Positions 1 to 8,943 of a stretch of DNA of 56,573 nt are shown here, piece by piece. The notes under the pieces were generated by a model, which saw only the letters and a program-made list of their open reading frames with translations, was not told the DNA's origin and ran no database searches. The DNA comes from Candidatus Gottesmanbacteria bacterium RIFCSPHIGHO2_02_FULL_39_11 (GTDB taxonomy: Bacteria > Patescibacteriota > Microgenomatia > 2-02-FULL-39-11), in contig MFJL01000022.1 in assembly GCA_001779195.1 (NCBI GenBank), positions 1-56,573 of the forward strand, read 5' to 3'. The position numbers and the translations under genes were made by a program. Within the stretch, counting starts at the first letter, position 1. Every line of letters begins with the position of its first letter.

Positions 1-57
1 CAGGAAGAAAATCCCGAAAGCCTTTGAGAGTTTGTGGAATGATCATATTAGATTAAA

Positions 58-1140
58 TTACTTAAGTATCTTAAGCAACTTAGGAGACTTAGACAACATC
101 TCAACTTCTTCTTTTTTTAATACTACCAGATCTTCAATCCGGACACCACAAAAACCAGGAATATAAATACCGGGCTCAACCGTTATGACGGAGTTTTGGG
201 GAAGTATCTGCGGATAATTTTCCTTCATCCGGGGAGACTCATGAATCTGTAGACCAACCCCGTGTCCCAGTCCGTGCGGATAGGACTCAAATCCGGCAGA
301 TACAATTACCTGTCGGGCTGCATAGTCAATATCCGCCCCATTAACTCCGGCTTTTATAAGAGAGAGAGCTTTTTTTTGAGATGCCAAAACCGTGTCGTAT
401 ACTTTTTTCATTTTAGCCGATGGGGTTCCCCAAAAAATAACCCGTGTCATATCAGAACAATATCCTGAAATTTTTGCCCCAAAATCAAGAAGAATTAAAC
501 TGTTACTGTTTAATTTTTTGTCTCCGGATAAGTGGTGGGGGATAGCAGAGTTTTCGTTAAACGCAACAATCGGGTCAAACGCATTTTCTCCTCCGTTTCT
601 TTTGGTGAAAAACTCAATTTCCAAAGCCAGTTCTTTTTCTGAAATTCCATTTTTAATTTTAGTTTTTACATACTCAAACGTTTTATCCGTCAAATCCGCA
701 GCTTTTGCAATCCATGCAATCTCCCTTATATCTTTTATTTTTCTTAATTCTTCGATAAGTCCGGCAGTTGCCGTTAATTTTTTCTGAAGTTTTTTTTCTA
801 AAGAATTCAATTCTGAAACCGTCAAATTTTCTTCCTCAAATCCGATGGTTTCAATTTTTTCCTTTTGTATTATATCTAACACATGATGATGAATTCTTTT
901 ATCCGAGGTAATATTTAAACTGACAAAATCCTTCCCTCCGTTTTTATACAGTTCGTAATAAGTCGGAAATGTCAGAAGGTAAGCATTATAAAGGGTTACA
1001 AATAAAAATCCCTCCCGTTCATCGGGGGAGAGCCCGTTAAACCCGGTCAGGTAAATTACATTCGGTTGAGAAGAAACGAAAAGAGAGTCGAGGTGATTTT
1101 CTAAGAGTTTTTCTTGAAGGGAGGCAATTCTCGCGTTCAT
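58..1140 (-). CDS. Xaa-Pro aminopeptidase/dipeptidase, peptidase family M24B
   Basis: 360-aa ORF with pita-bread metal-ligand motifs DFGAKISGYCSDMTR, HGLGHGVGLQIHE, VEPGIY and VRIEDLV. Confidence 0.85.
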   Translation of the reverse strand: MNARIASLQEKLLENHLDSLFVSSQPNVIYLTGFNGLSPDEREGFLFVTLYNAYLLTFPTYYELYKNGGKDFVSLNITSDKRIHHHVLDIIQKEKIETIGFEEENLTVSELNSLEKKLQKKLTATAGLIEELRKIKDIREIAWIAKAADLTDKTFEYVKTKIKNGISEKELALEIEFFTKRNGGENAFDPIVAFNENSAIPHHLSGDKKLNSNSLILLDFGAKISGYCSDMTRVIFWGTPSAKMKKVYDTVLASQKKALSLIKAGVNGADIDYAARQVIVSAGFESYPHGLGHGVGLQIHESPRMKENYPQILPQNSVITVEPGIYIPGFCGVRIEDLVVLKKEEVEMLSKSPKLLKILK

Positions 1141-1150
1141 ATAAGGATAG

Positions 1151-1240
1151 AGTATACAGTATTCAGAATACAGTATACAGAATAAAAAATTATAATTTTT
1201 ATGCTAAATGCTGTATTCTGCATACTGCATTCTGTATACT
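1151..1240. repeat. Inverted arrays of 7-nt units flanking a perfect 16-nt AT palindrome in a divergent promoter region
   Basis: The left arm 1151-1183 reads gtatacag/tattcag/aatacag/tatacag. The core aaaaattataattttt (1185-1200) is its own reverse complement. The right arm 1210-1240 is the inverted counterpart: 1164-1173 cagaatacag pairs with 1211-1220 ctgtattctg, and 1151-1159 pairs with 1232-1240. Confidence 0.8.
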
Positions 1241-1246
1241 AAATTC

Positions 1247-2047
1247 ATGGACTTTCCTCTCAATCTTGCCGAATGCGAAAATTTTCTCTCCTGTATTCTT
1301 CCCAAAGCCGGGGAAATTGCCAAGAGGTATTTTAAAAATCCCGATCTTCACTTTAAAAATAAATCCGAGCATGAGATTGTTACGGATGCTGACATCGCCA
1401 TAAACGATTACCTCTGTGCAGGTCTTACTCTTGAATATCCTGATTTCCCCATTTTCTCTGAGGAGAGTAACCGTATGGAAACGGAAAAATATAGGGAAAG
1501 TGATGCTTTTTGGGTTATTGACCCGATCGATGGTACAAACAATTTTGCCAGGGGTATGGACCTTTTTGCCATAAGTATAGCCCTCTGCCAAAAAGATAGA
1601 ACACTACAGGGCTCTGTCTATTCCCCGGTTCGAAATGAGTGGTATCAGGCGCGGGAGGATATAAAAGGCGCATTCAGAAACGGTGAGGAAATACACGCAG
1701 GATCTAAAAATACTCTTCAAAATATTAAAGTTGCAGTTGATTTTGGATATAGTCATGATGCCCGCAAAGAAGCTTCCTCATTCATTCAAAAAATGATTAA
1801 GCATACCAATTCCATCTATTCTCTCGGATGCGCAACTCTTGCACAGTGCCAGATAGCAGAGGGATCAGCAGATATCTACAGAAGTGTGGGACTTAAGCCC
1901 TGGGATCAGGCGGCAGCGGCTTTTATTGCACAAAAAGCAGGTGCTAAAGTGTTAAACGGACAGGGAGGAGAGTGGAATATATTCTCGGAAAGTATTTTGC
2001 TCGGAAAAGAGGGAATTATCAAAAAAGTAAAAAAAGAACTGGCGTAA
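1247..2047 (+). CDS. Inositol monophosphatase / SuhB family phosphatase
   Basis: Motifs FSEES, WVIDPIDGTNNF and WDQAAAAFIAQKAGA. The start was moved from 1208 to the ATG at 1247 because the first 13 codons of the track ORF lie inside the intergenic heptamer repeat. Confidence 0.8.
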   Translation: MDFPLNLAECENFLSCILPKAGEIAKRYFKNPDLHFKNKSEHEIVTDADIAINDYLCAGLTLEYPDFPIFSEESNRMETEKYRESDAFWVIDPIDGTNNFARGMDLFAISIALCQKDRTLQGSVYSPVRNEWYQAREDIKGAFRNGEEIHAGSKNTLQNIKVAVDFGYSHDARKEASSFIQKMIKHTNSIYSLGCATLAQCQIAEGSADIYRSVGLKPWDQAAAAFIAQKAGAKVLNGQGGEWNIFSESILLGKEGIIKKVKKELA

Positions 2048-2066
2048 TCGCATAACCTCCGTTTTT

Positions 2067-2921
2067 TTATGGTGTAGGACTCTGATTCAGTTTTTTGCTG
2101 GGAGTCGGAGTTAATTTCTTAGAAGGTGTCGGCGTTACTTTAGGTGTAACACTCGGTTTGACAATTTTAGAAGATGTGGGACCTGCTGAGGGGCTGGGTG
2201 TGGGAGTCAATTCCTCTTTTTGGTTAAGAAAGGGAAAAACATAGAGTCTTCCTCCGGTCACCTTGTTACTTTCCTTTAGCCGGGCAGTCCCCACTACATG
2301 AATGGGGTCTCCGACAGCAAGCTTTGAAAATCCTCCTTTTTCAATTTTCTTCAATGTTCCATAGGTGAAAATTCGGGTTGTTGTTTCGATATCCACTACT
2401 TCGTTTGCGTCTTTTGTCTTGACGGTGACTGTATAGTTGTCCCGGTCAATATCAACAATTTTTCCGAAAAATGTGATGCTTGCTTCTTCTATATAAATAA
2501 TTTTCCCTAAAATTACCGACTTATCTTCATTAAAAATACCAATTACCGAGATATAGCTCCCTTCTTTAATCTTGCTTATTTTTTGCTCAGTGCGTCCGTC
2601 TTTTATAAACTGGTACACCACCATATCATCTGAATAGGAGATTTTTTTCTCGCCTGACGGGGTTGTCAAAGTGATTGTTGCATTTTCAATTTTCTTAACG
2701 GTTCCGGATGTACCTGTCTTATCTTTTTCCCGAAGCTCTGCAACTTTTGTCGCAATCTTTTCTTTCAGTTTTTCAATTTGTTTTAATTTATTAATGGTTT
2801 CACTTTCGCTGACGGTCGGAGTTGCCGATTGAGTAGATGCTTTTGTCGCGGCCGCAACCGGAGAAAGTACGGCTCCGTTTAAAAGTATTACCGATAATAA
2901 AAGTATCCCGTATTTTTTCAT
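2067..2921 (-). CDS. Secreted protein of unknown function with a Pro/Thr/Lys-rich C-terminal tail
   Basis: N-terminal signal peptide MKKYGILLLSVILLNGAVLSPVAAA. The body has repeated beta-rich modules. The C-terminus carries a tandem TPTPSKKL-TPTPSKKL. Confidence 0.6.
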   Translation of the reverse strand: MKKYGILLLSVILLNGAVLSPVAAATKASTQSATPTVSESETINKLKQIEKLKEKIATKVAELREKDKTGTSGTVKKIENATITLTTPSGEKKISYSDDMVVYQFIKDGRTEQKISKIKEGSYISVIGIFNEDKSVILGKIIYIEEASITFFGKIVDIDRDNYTVTVKTKDANEVVDIETTTRIFTYGTLKKIEKGGFSKLAVGDPIHVVGTARLKESNKVTGGRLYVFPFLNQKEELTPTPSPSAGPTSSKIVKPSVTPKVTPTPSKKLTPTPSKKLNQSPTP

Positions 2922-3349
2922 ATTTTTTCAGGTGTATAGAAAAGCATAAAAGTTTTACTCGTTGAACCTCCTTTATCATCATATGCAACAATCGTAAATT
3001 TATTAGAGCCTTCTGTCAGGGTTAAATTTTGTTTAAAACTTCCGCTGTCAGAAGAACTGAGAATCGTTATATCGGAATCTGCATCCAGTAAAACCAGTTT
3101 GCTGTTTTTTACACTTCCCTCAAGAGTTACGGACTTTTGTGTAAATACGCTATCCGGAGGAGGGTTTTTAATATCAATTGTAATATTGGCTGTGTTATTT
3201 TCAGTCCGGGTTACCGCAGGACTTACCTTAGCGCTTATTTGTGTAGTGGGCTGGCGCTTGGTAATGGTTGGAAGAAAGATCACAATAAAAGCAGCGAGCA
3301 TCCCGAAAACAAGACCAATAAGAATAGCCAGCGCTATATCTTTTTTCAT
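2918..3349 (-). CDS. Membrane-anchored hypothetical protein
   Basis: Single N-terminal TM helix (IALAILIGLVFGMLAAFIVIFL). The stop overlaps the start of the downstream gene (ATGA at 2918-2921), suggesting an operon with 2067..2921. Confidence 0.55.
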   Translation of the reverse strand: MKKDIALAILIGLVFGMLAAFIVIFLPTITKRQPTTQISAKVSPAVTRTENNTANITIDIKNPPPDSVFTQKSVTLEGSVKNSKLVLLDADSDITILSSSDSGSFKQNLTLTEGSNKFTIVAYDDKGGSTSKTFMLFYTPEKI

Positions 3350-3493
3350 AGTCTACATTATACCATTCCTGATGAAGTTAGGCTAATTTCATCTGACTTT
3401 TTAGTATAAACCCTTGTAAAAGGAAAAAAACAATGATAAGCTAAAATCCGTTTATAAATGCATACCGGATGTTATCAGTTACAATACTAACTT

Positions 3494-4126
3494 ATGGATA
3501 TTTACTATTTAGGACTCTCAAGCTTTAGACTGAAAGGCAAATCCGCCACAGTTCTTTCAGATCCGTATAACTATAAAAGTGCCGGGGTAAAGCTGGGAAG
3601 CGGAGAAGTGAATATCATTTCTGTTTCAGGACCCAACGTCAAAAAAGAATTAAAAGGAATTGAAAGCCAAGCTATTGAGCTTCCGGGACCCGGAGAGTAT
3701 GAAATTCACGCAGTACAGGTAATTGGAATTTTAGGGGGCCGGGATGGTGAGCAGAATACCGTTTTTCATTTTGAGATAGACGGGATTAACATTTTACATG
3801 CCGGGTACTTAAACAAAAAACTTGATGAAAAGGAAATTGAAAAACTGGGGGTAGTTGATATCGTTTTAGTTCCGGTAGGAGGAGTAGCGGGGGTCTTATC
3901 TTCCTCTGAAATTTCTGACTTTGTTACCAAAGTTGAGCCCTCAATTGTTATTCCCATGCTCTATGCAAATTCTAAATTTGATCCAAAAGAGTATCCGAAT
4001 CTGGGTGATTTACGTGAATTTCTAAAACAAATGGGCAAGGACTCCGCAGAACCCTTGGTCAAGCTTTCCATAACTAAAGACAAGCTTCCCGAAGAAATGC
4101 AGGTAATAGTGTTACAAATAAGTTAA
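3494..4126 (+). CDS. Metallo-beta-lactamase-fold (UPF0173-like) hydrolase homologue
   Basis: Length and N-terminal pattern (YYLGLSSFRLKGKSATVLSDPY) resemble MBL-fold hydrolases, but I could not see the canonical HxHxDH motif. It abuts dnaB with a 2-nt gap. Confidence 0.45.
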   Translation: MDIYYLGLSSFRLKGKSATVLSDPYNYKSAGVKLGSGEVNIISVSGPNVKKELKGIESQAIELPGPGEYEIHAVQVIGILGGRDGEQNTVFHFEIDGINILHAGYLNKKLDEKEIEKLGVVDIVLVPVGGVAGVLSSSEISDFVTKVEPSIVIPMLYANSKFDPKEYPNLGDLREFLKQMGKDSAEPLVKLSITKDKLPEEMQVIVLQIS

Positions 4127-4128
4127 AT

Positions 4129-5481
4129 ATGGCATCTCCCCGTATCCCTCCCCATGATGAGCAGGCTGAGTCTTCCATTTTAGGAGCAATCCTTATTGAT
4201 CGGGAAGCAATTTCAGATATTGTTGATTTTCTTCGTCCCGAGTACTTTTACAAAGACATACACGCATATGTCTACTCTGCGATGCTTTCCCTGTATGAAA
4301 AACGAGAGCCGATCGATATCGTCACCGTTACAGCAGAACTTAAAAAAATGGGTAAATACAAAGATGTGGGAGGCGCTGCTTTTCTGACGGAACTTACCAA
4401 CGCGGTTCCGACTTCTGCCAATACCGAACACTACGGAAAAATAGTATCTGATCATTTCGTAAAACGAAAGCTTATTGAGGTATCCGGAAGTATTACGGAT
4501 TCGGCATTTGATGAACGAAAAGAAGCAAAAGAAGTATTAGATGATGCAGAATCTGAGGTTCTGGCAATTGCAGAGCACCGCTCGACTCATGATTTCATAC
4601 CGATTAAGGATGCACTTGCTGAAAGCTTTGAGAGACTGGATGAACTTCACAAACGGGGATCAACCATGCGGGGAGTTCCGACAGGTTTTTCAGATTTGGA
4701 TTTTAAACTGGCCGGACTTCAGGATGCAAATTTAATTATCCTGGCAGCTCGTCCAGGAACCGGAAAAACTGCGTTTGCCTTAAATATTGCTCAAAATATC
4801 TCCGTTCGCCAAAAAACGACCGTCGGCTTCTTTTCTCTTGAAATGAGTAAAGAGGAGTTGGTTGACCGGTTACTGGTTTCCCAGGCAGATGTAGATGCCT
4901 GGAGGCTAAAAACGGGGAAGCTAAATGAAGAAGATTTTGCCCGTCTTTCCCAGGCGATGGGGGAGCTTGCCGAGGCGCCTCTTTTTATAGATGACACGCC
5001 GGGGCTTAATATTTTTGAAATGCGCACCAAAGCCAGGCGTTTGGTTGCCGCCCAAAAATTAAAGCTTATAATCGTTGATTATCTTCAGCTTGTCGATGCC
5101 GGAACCAAACGGTATGAAAGCCGGGTACAGGAAGTATCGGCAATTTCCCAATCCCTGAAAAATTTAGCCCGGGAACTTAAAATTCCGGTCTTGGCCCTTT
5201 CTCAGTTATCCAGGGCTGTTGAGGCGAGGGGGAGTAAAGCACCGCAGCTGTCTGATCTTCGGGAGTCAGGAGCAATAGAGCAGGATGCTGATGTCGTCAT
5301 GTTTCTCTACCGGGAAGATCAGAATGTAGAAAACTGGGATCAGCAGATAATTAAGTTATCCATTGCCAAGCATAGAAATGGCCCGACAGGGGAGATTGAT
5401 CTGATATTTAAAGGAGATAGAGTACGGTTTTATAATGTGGATAAGAAGCGCGACGCCGAAGGCACTGAGGTGCCGTTCTAG
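4129..5481 (+). CDS. dnaB: Replicative DNA helicase DnaB
   Basis: Motifs PPHDEQAESSILGAIL, Walker A AARPGTGKTAF, Walker B IIVDYLQL, SQLSR and IAKHRNGPTG. At 450 aa there is no intein. Confidence 0.95.
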   Translation: MASPRIPPHDEQAESSILGAILIDREAISDIVDFLRPEYFYKDIHAYVYSAMLSLYEKREPIDIVTVTAELKKMGKYKDVGGAAFLTELTNAVPTSANTEHYGKIVSDHFVKRKLIEVSGSITDSAFDERKEAKEVLDDAESEVLAIAEHRSTHDFIPIKDALAESFERLDELHKRGSTMRGVPTGFSDLDFKLAGLQDANLIILAARPGTGKTAFALNIAQNISVRQKTTVGFFSLEMSKEELVDRLLVSQADVDAWRLKTGKLNEEDFARLSQAMGELAEAPLFIDDTPGLNIFEMRTKARRLVAAQKLKLIIVDYLQLVDAGTKRYESRVQEVSAISQSLKNLARELKIPVLALSQLSRAVEARGSKAPQLSDLRESGAIEQDADVVMFLYREDQNVENWDQQIIKLSIAKHRNGPTGEIDLIFKGDRVRFYNVDKKRDAEGTEVPF

Positions 5482-5762
5482 TAAGTTTCACCAGGTTTAC
5501 CCGCTATTGCCAGAATCCGATCTCCCAAAACTCTCAGGTTTGCAGGAACTTCAGAATCAAGAAAAAACTGATGAGGTATTTCACTTTTCTGAAGTTTTTT
5601 TATGCATACCGGTGAAAGCATTCCTATTTGGAAAGAGTGGGATCTAAGAGCAAAAGGGCAGCGGCATAACTCTTTCCTCTTTCAACCGTTTCTTTGACTC
5701 TGTGATCGATATCTGTCGGACTTGAAGTCTGTGTTTCGTCAAACATATTTTTCAAAATGAAG

Positions 5763-5845
5763 TGGGCAAGGAGGGAGTCGAACCCTCATAGCCTTGCGAC
5801 TATTAGTTTTTGAGACTAACGCGTATGCCATTCCGCCACTTGCCC
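5763..5845 (-). tRNA. tRNA-Leu (anticodon CAA), class II with long variable arm
   Basis: Hand-folded cloverleaf. Acceptor GGGCAAG/CTTGCCC with discriminator A. D stem GCG/CGC. Anticodon stem TTAGT/ACTAA with loop CTCAAAA. Variable arm closed by a GCAA loop. T arm GAGGG-TTCGACT-CCCTC. No CCA is encoded. Confidence 0.9.
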
Positions 5846-5938
5846 GATAGCACCACGGCAATTGCCCCATTATATCATTTGGTATACAATCTCTACATCC
5901 GCCATTCTATGTTATAAATTAGGCTAGGCGGGACACGT

Positions 5939-7429
5939 ATGAAAATTACTCTCAAACCTACGTCACCTAATAAAATTTCTTCAGATGTTGTAATCGTGTT
6001 TTCCTTTCAGGGTGAAGAGGTTAGCGCAATTACAGATAAATCTTTGTTGGAACTTATAAAAAAATCCATGCAAAGGGAACATTTTGAGGGAAAAGAAGGA
6101 GAAAAGATTACTATTTCTCCAGGTTCTTTAGCCGGAGCTTATAAAATACTAATAGTAGGTCTGGGAGATTCCAATAAATTCGAAAGCGAGGAAATAAGAA
6201 ATAGTATGGGTAAGGCTTTGTCTTTTGCGAAAAGTCTTTCTCCCCAAACCGTTTCCATTCTTCCTCCTGAGTCTTGGATGAAGAAAATGGACCTTGAGTA
6301 CCTTCTCTCTACTTTAACTGAAGCAGTGCACCTGTCATCTTATACATTTAATAAATATAAAAGTGAAGACCCAAAAAAGAAAAAAGATATTGAAGAAATA
6401 TCTTTTCTTATATCTCCCGGAAAACTTTCCATGGCAGAGAAGGGGATAACTGAGGGGACAATTCATGCACGGGCTACCCAGTTCACACGGGACTTAGTAA
6501 ATGAGCCTCCCGATCTGACTACACCAGCCTATTTGGCAAAAGTAGCAAAAGATATTGCGGATAAATCAGAAGGGACAATTAAGGCGACTATTTATGATCA
6601 GGTGGAAATCGAAAAAATAGGCATGAATGCATTTCTAGGAGTAGCCAAAGGAAGTAGTGAGCCGCCCAAATTTATCCATCTTTCCTATAGACCGAAAAAA
6701 TCAAAGAAAAAAGTTGTTCTTATCGGAAAAGGAATTACTTTTGATACCGGAGGCCTTTCATTAAAGCCCGCGCAGTCTATGGAAACGATGAAGCTGGATA
6801 TGGCCGGAGCCGCAGCCGTTTTGGGAGTTTTTAAAGCTTTAAAAGATGTCAGTCCGGACGTAAGTGTGGTTGGGCTTATTGCCGCATGTGAAAATATGCC
6901 CTCGGGAAGTGCTATGCGGCCCGGGGATATATTAAAAGCAATGAGTGGAAAGACAATTGAGGTATTAAATACGGATGCGGAAGGCAGATTAACACTTGCT
7001 GACGGGCTCTCCTATGCAGTTCTCAAAGAAAAGCCGGATGTAATTATTGATCTGGCAACTCTAACGGGCGCGTGCATAGTTGCGTTGGGGGAGGATATCA
7101 CGGGGCTTTTCTCAAATAATCCTGCACTTGCCCAGAGTATTGAGAAAGCCTCTCGGGAAACCGGTGAAAAGTTATGGCAATTGCCTCTTCCAAAAATATA
7201 TAAAGAACTTATTAAAAGTCACATCGCAGATATTAAAAATATCCAAACAGGCAAGTATGGGGGAGCAATTACCGCGGCTCTTTTTCTTGAAGAGTTTGTA
7301 GGGAATATTCCTTGGGCGCATTTGGATATTGCGGGTCCCTCCTATGCTGAAAAACCATCTTCCTTAACTCCGATTGGAGGGACGGGATATGGAGTAAGAC
7401 TTCTCTTGAAATATTTAAAAAATATATGA
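5939..7429 (+). CDS. pepA: Leucyl aminopeptidase, peptidase family M17
   Basis: Motifs VGKGITFDTGGLSLKP and NTDAEGRLTLAD (M17 signature), plus AGPS near the C-terminus. Confidence 0.9.
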   Translation: MKITLKPTSPNKISSDVVIVFSFQGEEVSAITDKSLLELIKKSMQREHFEGKEGEKITISPGSLAGAYKILIVGLGDSNKFESEEIRNSMGKALSFAKSLSPQTVSILPPESWMKKMDLEYLLSTLTEAVHLSSYTFNKYKSEDPKKKKDIEEISFLISPGKLSMAEKGITEGTIHARATQFTRDLVNEPPDLTTPAYLAKVAKDIADKSEGTIKATIYDQVEIEKIGMNAFLGVAKGSSEPPKFIHLSYRPKKSKKKVVLIGKGITFDTGGLSLKPAQSMETMKLDMAGAAAVLGVFKALKDVSPDVSVVGLIAACENMPSGSAMRPGDILKAMSGKTIEVLNTDAEGRLTLADGLSYAVLKEKPDVIIDLATLTGACIVALGEDITGLFSNNPALAQSIEKASRETGEKLWQLPLPKIYKELIKSHIADIKNIQTGKYGGAITAALFLEEFVGNIPWAHLDIAGPSYAEKPSSLTPIGGTGYGVRLLLKYLKNI

Positions 7430-7432
7430 GTG

Positions 7433-7456
7433 TTTACCCCGAACCACAATGCCCCG
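7433..7456. repeat. Left copy of a perfect 24-bp inverted repeat bracketing the MFS gene
   Basis: tttaccccgaaccacaatgccccg starts 4 nt after the pepA stop. Part of it (7436-7445) also pairs locally with 7471-7480 (ggttcggggt). Confidence 0.9.
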
Positions 7457-7567
7457 TTTGTAAGAACGTGGGTTCGGGGTTTACGAACGTGGACCTGCTT
7501 GCGCAGGCAGGAAATGGGTTCTTGAAAAATATCAAATCAGACAAATATCAAAATCAGAAGCCCCGTT

Positions 7568-8821
7568 ATGAATACTTTTTTCACTGTATTAAAAAATAAA
7601 AATTTTCGAAGTCTTTGGCTTGCACAGATCACCTCCCAGATTGCTCTTAACATGCTTATATTTGTTCTGGGGATTCAGGTGTATAGCCATACCCGGTCAA
7701 ATACAAGCGTATCCCTTATTCTTCTTTCTTTTGGACTTCCCTCTATTTTTTTCGGAATTCCTGCAGGCTCGATTGTCGACTTTTATGATAAGAAAAAAGT
7801 TCTTACCTACTGCAATTTATTCCGTGCGGTTCTTTTGTTTTTGTTTTTTTTGTTTTCCGATCAAATCCTCGTTTTATACCTTTTAGCAATTATTACCTCT
7901 ATTATTACTCAGTTTTTTATTCCTGCTGAAGCCCCTTCGATTCCAAGTCTGGTTAGTCCAAATGAGCTTCTTTCCGCGAATTCACTCTTTACGATCAGTC
8001 TTTATTTTTCCACAATTTTCGGATTTATATTGGCCGGTCCTGCAGTTTCACTTCTGGGAACCTCGGGGGTTTATATTTTTATGATGATTTTGATGCTTTT
8101 GGCAACTTACTTTGTAACTAAACTTCCTGAAATTACCGTTCCTAAACCAAAGCGTTCCTCACCGATCTCAGCAGTCGTTATTTTGGATTCAATTGTTGTG
8201 GGGCTTAAATTTATCAAACACCACAAAAGGGTGGGACAGAGTCTTGTAATCCTTACAGGATCCCAGGCACTTATCTCGGTTCTGGTTGTTCTTGCACCCG
8301 GATTTGCAGATAAAATTGTAAAAGTAGCTCTCACGGATGCTTCGTATCTTGTGATGGGTCCTGCGGCGTTGGGCCTGGTACTGGGGGCATACTGGGTAGG
8401 AAAATACGGGGAAAAGTATCTGAAAGGTAAAATTATAAGAACCGGAATATTATCCATAGGGACTATTCTTGTCATTCTTTCTTTTTTTGCCAGATTACAA
8501 AACCTACTCACTATTCCACCTATTGCTATCTTTTTTATACTCCTTATAGGAGTGGGTTTTTTTACCTCACTTTTAAATGTTCCGGCAAGCACCATTTTAC
8601 AACAGGAATCCGAATCAGATGTGAGGGGCAGAGTATACGGGATTTTAACCTCTCTAACGGGAGGAGTCTCTGTTCTTCCGGTTGTTCTTTCCGGAATTCT
8701 TGCCGATCTTACCTCTGTTACGGAGACGGTCCTCGTGATAGGATTTATTACACTCGCAGGAGGTATATATGAAATGATAAACAGTGGAAAGTCCAAATAT
8801 CAAATATCAAATGTCAAATAA
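7568..8821 (+). CDS. MFS transporter
   Basis: 417 aa, about 12 hydrophobic segments, with an N-terminus typical of MFS_3-type exporters (FRSLWLAQITSQIALNM). Confidence 0.75.
   Translation: MNTFFTVLKNKNFRSLWLAQITSQIALNMLIFVLGIQVYSHTRSNTSVSLILLSFGLPSIFFGIPAGSIVDFYDKKKVLTYCNLFRAVLLFLFFLFSDQILVLYLLAIITSIITQFFIPAEAPSIPSLVSPNELLSANSLFTISLYFSTIFGFILAGPAVSLLGTSGVYIFMMILMLLATYFVTKLPEITVPKPKRSSPISAVVILDSIVVGLKFIKHHKRVGQSLVILTGSQALISVLVVLAPGFADKIVKVALTDASYLVMGPAALGLVLGAYWVGKYGEKYLKGKIIRTGILSIGTILVILSFFARLQNLLTIPPIAIFFILLIGVGFFTSLLNVPASTILQQESESDVRGRVYGILTSLTGGVSVLPVVLSGILADLTSVTETVLVIGFITLAGGIYEMINSGKSKYQISNVK
8794..8821 (+). repeat. Heptanucleotide tandem repeat (caaatat x about 4) forming the 3' end of the MFS gene
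   Basis: caaatat caaatat caaatgt caaataa encodes ..KYQISNVK-stop. A related aaatatcaaa(t/a)tcag duplication lies upstream of the gene at 7527-7560. Confidence 0.8.
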
Positions 8822-8879
8822 AATCCAAATGTTTAAAGTAAACTCCGGTCAAATCGGAGTAAACCCGCGTTCTGAGTAG

Positions 8880-8903
8880 CGGGGCATTGTGGTTCGGGGT
8901 AAA
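8880..8903. repeat. Right copy of the perfect 24-bp inverted repeat bracketing the MFS gene
   Basis: cggggcattgtggttcggggtaaa is the exact reverse complement of 7433-7456. Confidence 0.9.
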
Positions 8904-8943
8904 TTGATTTGAAATTTGTCATTTGGATTTTGAAATTTTTTTT

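Noticed and set aside
262-787. Plus-strand ORFs of 68 and 131 aa
   Set aside because: They are antisense to the well-supported M24 peptidase gene and have no motifs.
5477-5746. Two short minus-strand ORFs in adjacent frames between dnaB and tRNA-Leu (40 codons at 5624-5746 and 47 codons at 5477-5621), possibly one frameshifted gene
   Set aside because: No recognisable motif. A vague resemblance to RecX-type helical repeats is not strong enough to support a call, and both are below a credible length without comparative support.
8107-8796. 229-aa minus-strand ORF
   Set aside because: It lies entirely antisense to the MFS transporter gene, which has a coherent 12-TM pattern. The antisense product is Pro/Thr/Arg-rich with no motif.
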